Assembly: GCA_000091165.1 (NCBI GenBank)
Contig: FP565575.1
Location: 1,710,001 to 1,742,000, forward strand
Direction: 5' to 3'
Source: Candidatus Methylomirabilis oxygeniifera
GTDB lineage: Bacteria > Methylomirabilota > Methylomirabilia > Methylomirabilales > Methylomirabilaceae
DNA: 32,000 bases
Position 1 is the stretch's first letter, and every line of letters begins with the position of its first letter. Positions 1 to 8,357 of this stretch are shown in pieces. The notes under the pieces were generated by a model, which had not been told where the DNA came from, searched no databases, and saw only the letters and a program-made list of their open reading frames with translations. A program made the position numbers and the translations under genes.

Positions 1-1
1 T

Positions 2-388
2 TTCCTTGCGGTCACCCATCGACGTACCCTGCTCTTCCTCATGGACCCTGCTATGGCCGCGGCGGTGGGAATGAACGTCACTCGCTGGGCAGCGCTCATC
101 TCAACCTTACTCGGGCTAGCCGTGGGGTTGTCCATCAGATCTTCCGGGATGTTGTATACGTTTGGATGCCTGGTACTGCCCGCCCTTATCGCAAAGAATC
201 TCTGCCGCGAGGTTCGCCCCATGTTCATTGTCGCCCCGCTCGTTGCCCTCATGACCGGCGCGATAGCGTTCGTGCTCGCAAACCATTATGATTATCCGCC
301 GGCGCCGATGACGGTTGCGCTGCTGAGCCTGCTGCTAACGATCGCGTGGCTATTCCGGCGGCTGCGTCAGGTGAACGGGATATTCTGA
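2..388 (+). CDS. ABC-3 family (ZnuB/MntB-type) metal ABC transporter permease, C-terminal part; 5' end lies outside the window
   Basis: The frame is open from base 2. The hydrophobic C-terminal segment (FLMDPAMAAAVGMNV...GMLYTFGCLVLPALIAKNL) resembles the conserved ...FDPEFA.A.G.NV... / ...LV.A.LI.PAA.A region of ABC-3 permeases. Confidence 0.6.
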   Translation, partial: FLAVTHRRTLLFLMDPAMAAAVGMNVTRWAALISTLLGLAVGLSIRSSGMLYTFGCLVLPALIAKNLCREVRPMFIVAPLVALMTGAIAFVLANHYDYPPAPMTVALLSLLLTIAWLFRRLRQVNGIF

Positions 389-464
389 CCGACTCACAGG
401 CTCAAGCACCGCCGGATCGACGCGTTGCGCAAGAAGCTGAAGGCTGGGAGATCATAGAGAGGGA

Positions 465-1109
465 ATGGAGACGAAGAAACCCTTCGATGTCTTGAAACCC
501 CTTCTGTACGTGGGATGGTTGGCGGCGCTGCTGGGTCTCACGATGGAAGCCATTCTCGTCGCGCTCGCGGCCGGCTTTGGGACGCTGAAAGGCGCGAATC
601 CGGTTCTGGCCGATCTCGTCCAGAAGGTGTCCTGGTCAACCATCGTGTGCGTGGGCCTAGCCGTCGGCGCCACGGCAAAGAAGGCGCGGGGGCCGGTGAT
701 GGGACTTGCGGGCCTGTTCGCTGCGCCCCTCGCGTTTATGGTTGCGCGCTCGCTGCACGACGGCGCGAAGGAGGCGCTCTCGGTCGCGGCGGACGCCGGC
801 CCCGGCCCATCACTCATTCTGATCGCCATCCTCAAGGGATTCCAGTATGGCAGCTTTGGTCTGATGCTCGACTGGGTCGCGAAAAAGCCGTGGGGAGGAT
901 TGTCGGCGCACCTCGCGACGGGGCTCGCCGTGGGCGTCGTGTTCGGCGGTGCGATGGTGGCCTTCTTCGTCCAGGCCGCGCCCCAGACGCCGCCGATGTC
1001 CTCGCTTGTCTCCCGCGCCGCTAACGAGTGTCTTTTTCCCGTCGGCTGCGCGTTCGTGGTCTATGTCTCGAAGGTCCTGAAGAAGCTGAGCGGGCGACCG
1101 GAAGAGTGA
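465..1109 (+). CDS. Hypothetical integral membrane protein (several predicted TM helices)
   Basis: 214-aa ORF preceded by GAGAGGGA just upstream of the ATG. Ala/Gly/Leu/Val-rich hydrophobic stretches throughout. No family recognised. Confidence 0.5.
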   Translation: METKKPFDVLKPLLYVGWLAALLGLTMEAILVALAAGFGTLKGANPVLADLVQKVSWSTIVCVGLAVGATAKKARGPVMGLAGLFAAPLAFMVARSLHDGAKEALSVAADAGPGPSLILIAILKGFQYGSFGLMLDWVAKKPWGGLSAHLATGLAVGVVFGGAMVAFFVQAAPQTPPMSSLVSRAANECLFPVGCAFVVYVSKVLKKLSGRPEE

Positions 1110-1165
1110 GTATAGATTAATCCGCTTAGCCAAAAAATCGTTGTTCGCGCACGGCGAACTATCGA

Positions 1166-1180
1166 TTACAATAATAGTAA
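1166..1180. promoter_or_regulatory. Candidate Fur-family (PerR-like) 7-1-7 box, TTACAAT-A-ATAGTAA, upstream of the peroxiredoxin gene
   Basis: Inverted repeat with 6/7 complementary positions. It matches 12/15 positions (11 of the 14 specified bases) of the B. subtilis PerR consensus TTATAATNATTATAA as I recall it. It lies ~100 bp upstream of the prx ATG in an AT-rich intergenic region. Confidence 0.3.
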
Positions 1181-1186
1181 AGTACC

Positions 1187-1198
1187 ATATCCGGATAT
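1187..1198. repeat. Perfect 12-bp palindrome ATATCCGGATAT in the prx upstream region
   Basis: Read directly from the sequence, ~80 bp upstream of the prx start. Possible operator; function unknown. Confidence 0.5.
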
Positions 1199-1279
1199 AC
1201 GAGGGTTGGGCTGATTGATACGAGGAGCGCAAGGCTCGATTCTGACAACTCCATCAACGCAGCTTTAAAGGAGGTCACC

Positions 1280-1888
1280 ATGGTCAAGATCGGATCAAAA
1301 GCGCCGGATTTCACTGCCAATACCACCAAGGGCCCCATTACCCTGTCCCAGTTCCGCGGGAAGTGGGTCTTACTCTTTGCTCACCCGGCCGACTTTACAC
1401 CGGTCTGTACGACGGAGTTCATCGAATTCGCCAGGCGGCACAAGGAATTCAAGGACCTCGGATGCGAGATCGTCGGCCTGAGCGTGGATAGTATCTACTC
1501 GCACATCGAGTGGCTCCGCCATATGGAGGAGTCGGCCAAAGTCAAAATTGATTTCCCGGTGATCGCCGACCCCGAGAAAGAGGTCGCTAACCTTTACGAT
1601 CTGATCAACCCTGAACTCAAGCTCACCGTCCGCGGTGTCTTCTTCATCGATCCTGAGGGGATCGTCCGTTTCGCTATGTACTACCCGATCCCATTCGGGC
1701 GCAACATCGACGAGATCTTGCGGAGCCTACAGGCATTACAAACCGTGGACAAGTATGGGGTCGCCTGCCCGGTCAACTGGCAGCCGGGCCAGGATGTCAT
1801 CGTGCCTCCGCCGCAGACGATCGACGAGGCCGACAAGCGCGCCAAGGCCGGCGCCGACCGCTGGTACATCATGCGGAAAAAGATCTAG
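1280..1888 (+). CDS. Peroxiredoxin (1-Cys Prx / Prx6-like thiol peroxidase)
   Basis: Strong SD (AAAGGAGG) 6 nt upstream. Contains KAPDF...GKWVLLFAHPADFTPVCTTEF, the classic peroxidatic Cys motif, and DSIYSHIEWL. Confidence 0.9.
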   Translation: MVKIGSKAPDFTANTTKGPITLSQFRGKWVLLFAHPADFTPVCTTEFIEFARRHKEFKDLGCEIVGLSVDSIYSHIEWLRHMEESAKVKIDFPVIADPEKEVANLYDLINPELKLTVRGVFFIDPEGIVRFAMYYPIPFGRNIDEILRSLQALQTVDKYGVACPVNWQPGQDVIVPPPQTIDEADKRAKAGADRWYIMRKKI

Positions 1889-1928
1889 CGTAAGCCTCCA
1901 ATCCTGGAACGTGGTCGAGGACAGGCCG

Positions 1929-2171
1929 ATGCGGCGTATTGTGGTCCGTGCGCTTACGTGTAGTGCGGATATCATTACCTTCTTAAAGGGCACCCTCCGA
2001 ATCCATGCCGAGGAGCTTCAGCCGGGCGAGCCGGTAGAATTTGCGTTTGACGCCAGCCGATTCCCGTTTGCGATTGCGATCTTCGAATCGTTGCTGGCCG
2101 GCGTCGGCATGAAACTCCTCTCAACTCGAGAGGAGGACGGGATGAGGCTCTTCAAGGTTGAGAAGCTGTAG
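1929..2171 (+). CDS. Small TusA/SirA-like protein (tentative)
   Basis: 80 aa from an internal ATG of the 1635..2171 ORF, which upstream overlaps prx. The pattern RALTCSADIITFLK...QPGEPVEFAFD...GMKLL...DGMRLFKVEK follows the TusA layout (D.RGL.CP.P.L..K...G..l.v..d...G..ll...dg...f.i.K). CS replaces CP. Confidence 0.4.
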   Translation: MRRIVVRALTCSADIITFLKGTLRIHAEELQPGEPVEFAFDASRFPFAIAIFESLLAGVGMKLLSTREEDGMRLFKVEKL

Positions 2172-2195
2172 CGAGCAGATAGAGAAAGGAGATCA

Positions 2196-2678
2196 GTGAC
2201 CAAGCTGCTGGGTAACTGGCAGATAGAAACAAAGCTGTGGTATATCGCGCTCCTGCGCATCTTTTTCGGTTATTACTTTCTGCGAGACGGCCTCGGGAAG
2301 TTGTCCGGTGGCTTTACCGGCGCCGGCGCACTGGAAAAGTGGCTCACCGCGAAGACCGCCGACGCATTTGGCTGGTATAAACCGTTCCTGACCGACACCG
2401 TGATTCCCCATCATCAGCTCTTCGCCGCACTCGTCACCTGGGGGATGATCCTGGCCGGTCTGGCGCTTCTGTCTGGGCTCTTGACGCGTCCGGCTGCGCT
2501 GGCAGGAATCTTCCTGACGCTTAATTTCTATCTGGCCAAGGGGGGCGGGTCGCCGGCCACCACCTCGGACCAGGCGTTTATGGCCGGTCTGCTGGTGGTC
2601 TTCCTCACGCGCGCCGGTCGCTCCTTTGGATTCGATCGCTGGTTAGCTCGGCGCTATCCACGCTCCCCGCTCTGGTAG
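2196..2678 (+). CDS. DoxX family membrane protein
   Basis: GTG start with AAGGAG 6 nt upstream. Four hydrophobic helices and an LLRIFFGYYFLRDGLGKL N-terminal motif typical of DoxX/DoxD-like proteins. Confidence 0.7.
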   Translation: MTKLLGNWQIETKLWYIALLRIFFGYYFLRDGLGKLSGGFTGAGALEKWLTAKTADAFGWYKPFLTDTVIPHHQLFAALVTWGMILAGLALLSGLLTRPAALAGIFLTLNFYLAKGGGSPATTSDQAFMAGLLVVFLTRAGRSFGFDRWLARRYPRSPLW

Positions 2679-2770
2679 GTCAACGAAGGGAATCCTTCAG
2701 CCGACCGGCCTCACGTGAGGAAGGCGGCTGGCGCTGACAACAATACCATTAGCTTGAGGAGGAAGGGCAC

Positions 2771-3544
2771 ATGAGGCGCACGGCTCTCGTTACAGGGGCT
2801 GCACTCCTGTTCGTCACCATCACCTACGGCCTGACGATCACCCAGGAGCAGGACGCTGCTGCAGCGCCTCCGGCTCAAGACGACGTGGAAATGGTGGCCG
2901 TCCCGGCAGGCGAATTCATTATCGGCTCCGATGATCCAGAGGCCGACGATAATGAGAAACCGGCCACGAAGGTCTTTGTGGGGCCCTTCTCGATCGACAA
3001 GTTCGAGGTGACAAATGCTCGCTACCTCCGGTGCATCGAGGCGGGGATTTGCCCTCGGCCGCCCAACCGAGGATACGATGATCCCACGAAGGCCAACTTT
3101 CCGGCGACGGTCGTGAGTTACCAGGCGGCGGTGGCATACTGCCGATGGGTCGGCAAGCGCCTGCCGACTGAGGCGGAGTGGGAAAAGGCTGCCCGCGGCA
3201 CCGATGGCCGACGTTATCCATGGGGCAATACCTTCGAGGCTGAACGGGCCAACGTCGGATACTCGGTCGGGTCCGCCACCTCTGTGGGGAGCTACCCAAA
3301 AGGGGCCTCCCCTTACGGGATGATGGACATGGCCGGCAATGTCTGGGAGTGGACGTCGTCGCTCTACAATCCCTATCCCTATGATCCCGGTGACGGACGC
3401 GAAGACCCCACCGCCAGAGGCAGCAGGGTCGAGCGCGGCGGGGGGTGGTACACTCCCGAGTGGCATGCGCGGACGACCCGGCGGACCGCCAGCGGCCACG
3501 TCTATCGCCGCTTCAGCGACCTTGGGTTCCGCTGCGCCAAGTAA
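2771..3544 (+). CDS. Formylglycine-generating enzyme (SUMF1/FGE-sulfatase) family protein with N-terminal signal/anchor
   Basis: SD GAGGAGGAAGG upstream. Motifs VPAGEFIIGSDD, FSIDKFEVTNARY, YGMMDMAGNVWEWTSS, RGGGWY and GFRCAK are hallmarks of the FGE-sulfatase domain. Confidence 0.8.
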   Translation: MRRTALVTGAALLFVTITYGLTITQEQDAAAAPPAQDDVEMVAVPAGEFIIGSDDPEADDNEKPATKVFVGPFSIDKFEVTNARYLRCIEAGICPRPPNRGYDDPTKANFPATVVSYQAAVAYCRWVGKRLPTEAEWEKAARGTDGRRYPWGNTFEAERANVGYSVGSATSVGSYPKGASPYGMMDMAGNVWEWTSSLYNPYPYDPGDGREDPTARGSRVERGGGWYTPEWHARTTRRTASGHVYRRFSDLGFRCAK

Positions 3545-3630
3545 CGATCTCTGCTGGAGCTCGTCATGTCATCTCAGATGATTGATCAGTTGCTGGATGA
3601 CCGTGACTCAGTGACCCCTGTAGGTGCCTT

Positions 3631-4989
3631 ATGACCTATTCCCAGGCAATTACCTATCTTTACGGACTCCAGCGTTACGGCGTGAAGCTGGGTCTCGAGA
3701 ATATGAAACGGCTTCTTGGAGCCGTCGGCGATCCGCACCGTCGGTTCCCATCCGTCCTGGTCGGCGGGACCAACGGCAAAGGGTCTACCTCCGCATTGCT
3801 CTCATCGATTCTGAAGTCCGCCGGCTATCGAGTCGGGCTCTATACCTCCCCGCATCTCCTGGATTTCACGGAGCGCATCCAGGTGGACGGACAGGCCATC
3901 TCTGGAAGTGAGGTCGCAGCCCTCACCGATGAACTTCGACAGGTCATTGCCGAGCTCTTCCCAACATCCGACACCCCAAATCCCCCCGTGCCCCCCTTTT
4001 CTAAAGGGGGGGTGGGGAAATTTTGCATCTCGCACCCGACGTTTTTTGAGGTCACGACTGTCCTCGCTTTTCTCCACTTCGTTCGCAGCAAGGTAGACTA
4101 CGCGGTGGTGGAAGTAGGAATGGGGGGGCGGTTCGATGCCACCAATGTTCTCGACGCCCAGGTGGCGGTCATCACCAATATCGCCTTGGAGCACGAGGAA
4201 TATCTGGGAAAGACGCTGGGGGCAATTGCCGCAGAGAAGGCAGGGATCATCAAGGGGGCAACACGTGTCGTCACTGCCGTCGATGTCCCAGAGGCCCTGG
4301 CCGTCATTACCGACGCATGTCGAAAGCGTAGCGTGACCCTTTTCGATATCCGGAGCGCATACGACTGGCGGATTCACCGGTCAGATCTCTTCGGTCAGCG
4401 ATTCAGCATGGGTGACAAGGGGCAGCCTGCCGAAACCTTCGACATCCCCCTGCTCGGTCGACATCAGGTCGTCAATGCGATCGCTGCCATTGCAGTATCC
4501 CGACTTCTCCGGACCGCCGGCGCCGCCATCCCGGAGAGTTCGATTCGAGAAGGCTTATGTCGGACACGATGGCCTGGCCGTCTTCAGCTCTTTCCCGGTC
4601 GGCCCCTTCTGATCCTAGATGGCGCACACAATCCGGCGGGCGCCATCGCGCTACGCGCTTTCCTTGAAGAGCAACGGTTTGCCGGTCGGTTGACTCTCGT
4701 GTTCGGCGTGCTGCAGGATAAGAACTGGATCGCGATGCTGCAAGCGCTGGCGCCGCTGGCAAAACGGGTCATCCTCACGCGCCCGGAGAGCGAGCGCGCA
4801 GCGGATCCGCATCGTCTACTGGAAGCCGAACGCTTCTGTCCGAAGATCGAGATCCTTGAAGATGTAGCCGAGGCGATTGCGTTGGCCAGGACAGTGACCG
4901 ATCCGGAGGATACGGTCGTCATCACCGGTTCGCTCTTCGTCATCTCGGCGGCTCTACGCGCGCTCGGAGCACAGGGGGAGCAGACATGA
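3631..4989 (+). CDS. folC: Bifunctional folylpolyglutamate synthase / dihydrofolate synthase
   Basis: N-terminus YLYGLQRYGVKLGLENM, P-loop VGGTNGKGST, Mur-ligase-type middle and C-terminal domains (DGAHNP). Confidence 0.9.
   Translation: MTYSQAITYLYGLQRYGVKLGLENMKRLLGAVGDPHRRFPSVLVGGTNGKGSTSALLSSILKSAGYRVGLYTSPHLLDFTERIQVDGQAISGSEVAALTDELRQVIAELFPTSDTPNPPVPPFSKGGVGKFCISHPTFFEVTTVLAFLHFVRSKVDYAVVEVGMGGRFDATNVLDAQVAVITNIALEHEEYLGKTLGAIAAEKAGIIKGATRVVTAVDVPEALAVITDACRKRSVTLFDIRSAYDWRIHRSDLFGQRFSMGDKGQPAETFDIPLLGRHQVVNAIAAIAVSRLLRTAGAAIPESSIREGLCRTRWPGRLQLFPGRPLLILDGAHNPAGAIALRAFLEEQRFAGRLTLVFGVLQDKNWIAMLQALAPLAKRVILTRPESERAADPHRLLEAERFCPKIEILEDVAEAIALARTVTDPEDTVVITGSLFVISAALRALGAQGEQT
3991..4011. 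repeat. Homopolymer palindrome CCCCCCTTT-tct-AAAGGGGGG (9-bp stem, 3-nt loop) inside folC
   Basis: Read directly from the sequence. It translates in frame as PPFSKGG within ...PNPPVPPFSKGGVGKF... Confidence 0.7.
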
Positions 4990-5094
4990 GACAATTTTGT
5001 TGCTATGGGAAGGTGTGGTAGCATTGCATACTCGACACTATGATCCACCATCCAGACACAGTGGAGACCGCCACCTGAAAACGGGTGCTCACAC

Positions 5095-6483
5095 ATGAAC
5101 GATCTCTGTACGGTAATCTTGGCGGCCGGCCAGGGAACCAGGATGCGCTCGAAGCTCCCGAAGGTGGTGCATCCGGTAGCCGGTCTGCCGATGATCACCT
5201 ATGTCGTCGAAGCGTGCCGCTCCCTCCAGGCGAAGCGAACCCTTGTGATCACCGGCCACCAAGCCGACAGGGTGAGAGAGGCTATGGCGGGCGAGGTCAC
5301 CGAATTCGTTCACCAACCGGAGCAACACGGGACGGCTCACGCTCTCCTGCAAGCCCATGAGGCCCTCGCCGGCTTCGACGGCGATCTCCTGGTCGTGTCA
5401 GGGGATACGCCGCTCCTCACCTCACAGACCCTCGACGGTCTGCTGCGGGCGCACCGTGAGGCTCGCGCGTTGGCTACCGTGCTTACGGCTGAGGTGGCTG
5501 AGCCAATCGGCTACGGGCGGATCATACGGTCTACGACGGGGGAACTCCTACGAATCGTTGAGGAGTTGGAGGCCACACCACAGGAGCGGAAAGTTCACGA
5601 AATCAACGCCGGGGTCTACTGCTTTGCCGCGCGAGCGCTTTTCGAGGCGCTGCAGGCGATTCGTCCCTCTGCCGTCAAGGGCGAACTCTATCTTCCTGAC
5701 GCTATCGCACTGCTGCGGGATCGGGACGGAGGCGTACAGGCGTACCGAGCGCTCGACCCAGACGAGGTGCGAGGGGTCAACACTCGCGCAGAGCTGGCTG
5801 AGATCTACCGCTTGCTCTGGCGAAAAACCGCTCTGCGGCTGCTCGCTGAAGGGGTCACCTTTCTCGACCCCGAGCGTACCTACGTCGGCCCGTTCGTCAG
5901 GATCGGTCCCGATTCGATCCTCTATCCGAACGTGACGCTCGAAGGGCAAACGGTGATCGGAGAGGCGACCACAATCTACTCAGGCTGTCGGATCCGCAAT
6001 TCGACAATCGGCAATGACACCGTTATCCTGGATGGATGCATTATCCAGGAGAGTCAGATCGGCGACGAGTGCCAGGTCGGGCCATACGCACATCTGAGAC
6101 CCCACGCTCAGCTCCGACAACGGGCCAAGGTTGGAAACTTTGTCGAGGTCAAGAAGTCGGTCGTCGGCGAAGGGTCAAAGGTCCCGCACTTGAGTTACAT
6201 CGGCGACACCACCATCGGAGAGCGTGTCAATGTCGGCGCCGGGACAATTACGTGTAACTATGACGGCTTTACCAAGCATCAGACCGTCATCGAGGACGAC
6301 GTGTTCGTAGGCAGCGATGTGATCCTCGTGGCGCCGGTCTCAGTGGGACGCGGCGCGATCATCGCCGCCGGTTCGACCATCACCGAGAATGTACCGCCTG
6401 ATGCACTGGCATTCGGTCGGGCACGGCAGGTCAACAAGAGCGGCTCTGCTGGGGCATTTCGGTCCAAACACCGAAAGGGGTAA
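5095..6483 (+). CDS. glmU: Bifunctional UDP-N-acetylglucosamine pyrophosphorylase / glucosamine-1-phosphate N-acetyltransferase
   Basis: N-terminus VILAAGQGTRMRS.LPKV.H, a nucleotidyltransferase domain, and a C-terminal left-handed beta-helix with hexapeptide repeats (NFVEVKKS..G.GSKV.HLSYIGD). Confidence 0.95.
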   Translation: MNDLCTVILAAGQGTRMRSKLPKVVHPVAGLPMITYVVEACRSLQAKRTLVITGHQADRVREAMAGEVTEFVHQPEQHGTAHALLQAHEALAGFDGDLLVVSGDTPLLTSQTLDGLLRAHREARALATVLTAEVAEPIGYGRIIRSTTGELLRIVEELEATPQERKVHEINAGVYCFAARALFEALQAIRPSAVKGELYLPDAIALLRDRDGGVQAYRALDPDEVRGVNTRAELAEIYRLLWRKTALRLLAEGVTFLDPERTYVGPFVRIGPDSILYPNVTLEGQTVIGEATTIYSGCRIRNSTIGNDTVILDGCIIQESQIGDECQVGPYAHLRPHAQLRQRAKVGNFVEVKKSVVGEGSKVPHLSYIGDTTIGERVNVGAGTITCNYDGFTKHQTVIEDDVFVGSDVILVAPVSVGRGAIIAAGSTITENVPPDALAFGRARQVNKSGSAGAFRSKHRKG

Positions 6484-6487
6484 CGCG

Positions 6488-8323
6488 ATGTGTGGGATCG
6501 TGGGGTATGTCGGACACAAGAAGGTCGTCCCGGTCCTCCTGGAGGGACTGAAGCGGCTCGAGTACCGGGGCTACGATTCGGCCGGCCTGGCTATCCTTCA
6601 ACAGGACCGGATCGCCCTGTATCGCAGCGTGGGTAAGATCAAGGAGCTGGAAAATGCCTTGTGGGGTCGTGACCTCTCCGGAGAGATCGGTCTCGGCCAC
6701 ACGCGCTGGGCCACCCATGGCCGGCCCACTGAAAATAACGCCCATCCTCACAGCGATTGCACCGGCGATCTCGTCGTCGTCCACAACGGCATCATCGAAA
6801 ACTATCTGGCCCTGAAGGCCAAGCTTCAGCAGGAGGGACACCACTTTACGTCCGATACCGATACCGAGGTGATCGCCCATCTCATCGAGACGCAGCTTCG
6901 GGATACGACGGACCTGGAGCTGGCCGTGCGTCGGGCCCTGACCGACGTCGTCGGGACCTATGCCTTGGGCATCCTCTGGCGAGGTGATCCGCACCGGCTG
7001 GTAGCGGCCAGAAACGGCAGCCCGCTGGTGGTGGGGCTGGGTAACGGAGAGTTCCTTATCGCGTCCGACCTCCCCGCTATCCTTTCACACACCCGCGATG
7101 TCCTCTTTTTGGACGACCAGGAGATGGTCGTCCTCTCCCATGACGGCGTCAACGTCACAACCTTAGCCGGGGAACCGGTGGAAAAGAAGGTGGAGAAAAT
7201 CCTCTGGACGCCGCTCATGGCCGAAAAGAGCGGATACAAGCACTTCATGCTGAAGGAGATCTACGAGCAGCCTCGTGCGATTCGAGACACTATTCGTGGT
7301 CGTTTTTCGTTGGAGAGCGGTCAGCTTTATCTGGAAGGGCTCCAGGCGGTTGATAGCACCCTGCCTGCAATCGACCGGATCGTCTTGGTCGCGTGCGGAA
7401 CCTCCTGGCATGCCGGGCTGGTCGGTAAATTCCTCATCGAGGATCTGGCGCGCATTTCGGTCGAGGTTGACTACGGCTCCGAATTCCGTTACCGCGACCC
7501 GATTCTGGACGGGCGGACGCTGGTCGTCGCTCTCAGCCAATCCGGTGAAACGCTGGATACGCTGGTGTCGATGCGGGAAGCTCGTCGCCGTGGCTGTCAG
7601 TCCCTTGCCATCTGCAACGTGGTCGGCTCCACGCTCAGCCGCGAAAGCGACGGCGTCCTGTATACCCATGCCGGTCCGGAGATCGGCGTCGCCTCGACGA
7701 AGGCCTTCACGTCCCAATTGGTTGCGCTCTACCTGCTGGCATTGGCCCTGGGCCGAGCCAGAGGACGCCTCGACGGCGCGAGAACCCAGGAATTGCTCAG
7801 CGAACTGATCCGCTTGCCGCACCAAATGGAGCAGGTGCTCTCACTTGGGCCGACGCTGGAAGGATTGGCCGGGCACTTCCACACCGCCTCAAATTTCCTC
7901 TACCTGGGTCGCGGTATCAACTACCCCATCGCGCTGGAAGGCGCCCTGAAGCTCAAGGAGATCTCCTACATCCACGCCGAGGGGTATCCGGCTGGCGAGA
8001 TGAAACACGGACCCATTGCCCTGATTACTGAAGAGATGCCGGTGGTCGTTCTCGCGCCAAAAGATAAGACCTTCGAGAAGGTGTTAAGCAATATCGAGGA
8101 GGTGAAAACGCGCAACGGGATCGTCGTTGCCCTCTCCGACGAGACCGATGCTCGCGTCCTGGCAAAGGCCGACCATCTGATCAGTATCCCTCATACCTCC
8201 CTGCACCTGATGCCCCTGCTCCTTGTCGTCCCGCTGCAACTCCTGGCCTACCACATCGCCGTGCGAAAGGGATGTGACGTGGACCAGCCGCGCAACCTCG
8301 CCAAAAGCGTGACGGTCGAGTAG
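6488..8323 (+). CDS. glmS: Glutamine--fructose-6-phosphate aminotransferase (isomerizing)
   Basis: Starts MCGIVGYVG (Ntn amidotransferase Cys2) 4 nt after the glmU stop. Two SIS domains. C-terminus DQPRNLAKSVTVE. The longer track ORF from 6389 overlaps glmU and was not used. Confidence 0.95.
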   Translation: MCGIVGYVGHKKVVPVLLEGLKRLEYRGYDSAGLAILQQDRIALYRSVGKIKELENALWGRDLSGEIGLGHTRWATHGRPTENNAHPHSDCTGDLVVVHNGIIENYLALKAKLQQEGHHFTSDTDTEVIAHLIETQLRDTTDLELAVRRALTDVVGTYALGILWRGDPHRLVAARNGSPLVVGLGNGEFLIASDLPAILSHTRDVLFLDDQEMVVLSHDGVNVTTLAGEPVEKKVEKILWTPLMAEKSGYKHFMLKEIYEQPRAIRDTIRGRFSLESGQLYLEGLQAVDSTLPAIDRIVLVACGTSWHAGLVGKFLIEDLARISVEVDYGSEFRYRDPILDGRTLVVALSQSGETLDTLVSMREARRRGCQSLAICNVVGSTLSRESDGVLYTHAGPEIGVASTKAFTSQLVALYLLALALGRARGRLDGARTQELLSELIRLPHQMEQVLSLGPTLEGLAGHFHTASNFLYLGRGINYPIALEGALKLKEISYIHAEGYPAGEMKHGPIALITEEMPVVVLAPKDKTFEKVLSNIEEVKTRNGIVVALSDETDARVLAKADHLISIPHTSLHLMPLLLVVPLQLLAYHIAVRKGCDVDQPRNLAKSVTVE

Positions 8324-8357
8324 CCGGAGACACGTGAAGCGGAAGGGCGACCGACGA

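Noticed and set aside
2771-3544. The FGE-sulfatase domain protein as the EgtB (sulfoxide synthase) partner of the egtD-like gene.
   Set aside because: It is only 257 aa and has an N-terminal signal/anchor. It lacks the DinB-like N-terminal domain that EgtB carries. It lies ~17 kb from egtD on the other strand. It is more likely a generic secreted SUMF1-family protein.
6484-6487. A possible glmS ribozyme/riboswitch upstream of glmS.
   Set aside because: Only 4 nt separate the glmU stop from the glmS start. There is no room for a structured leader.
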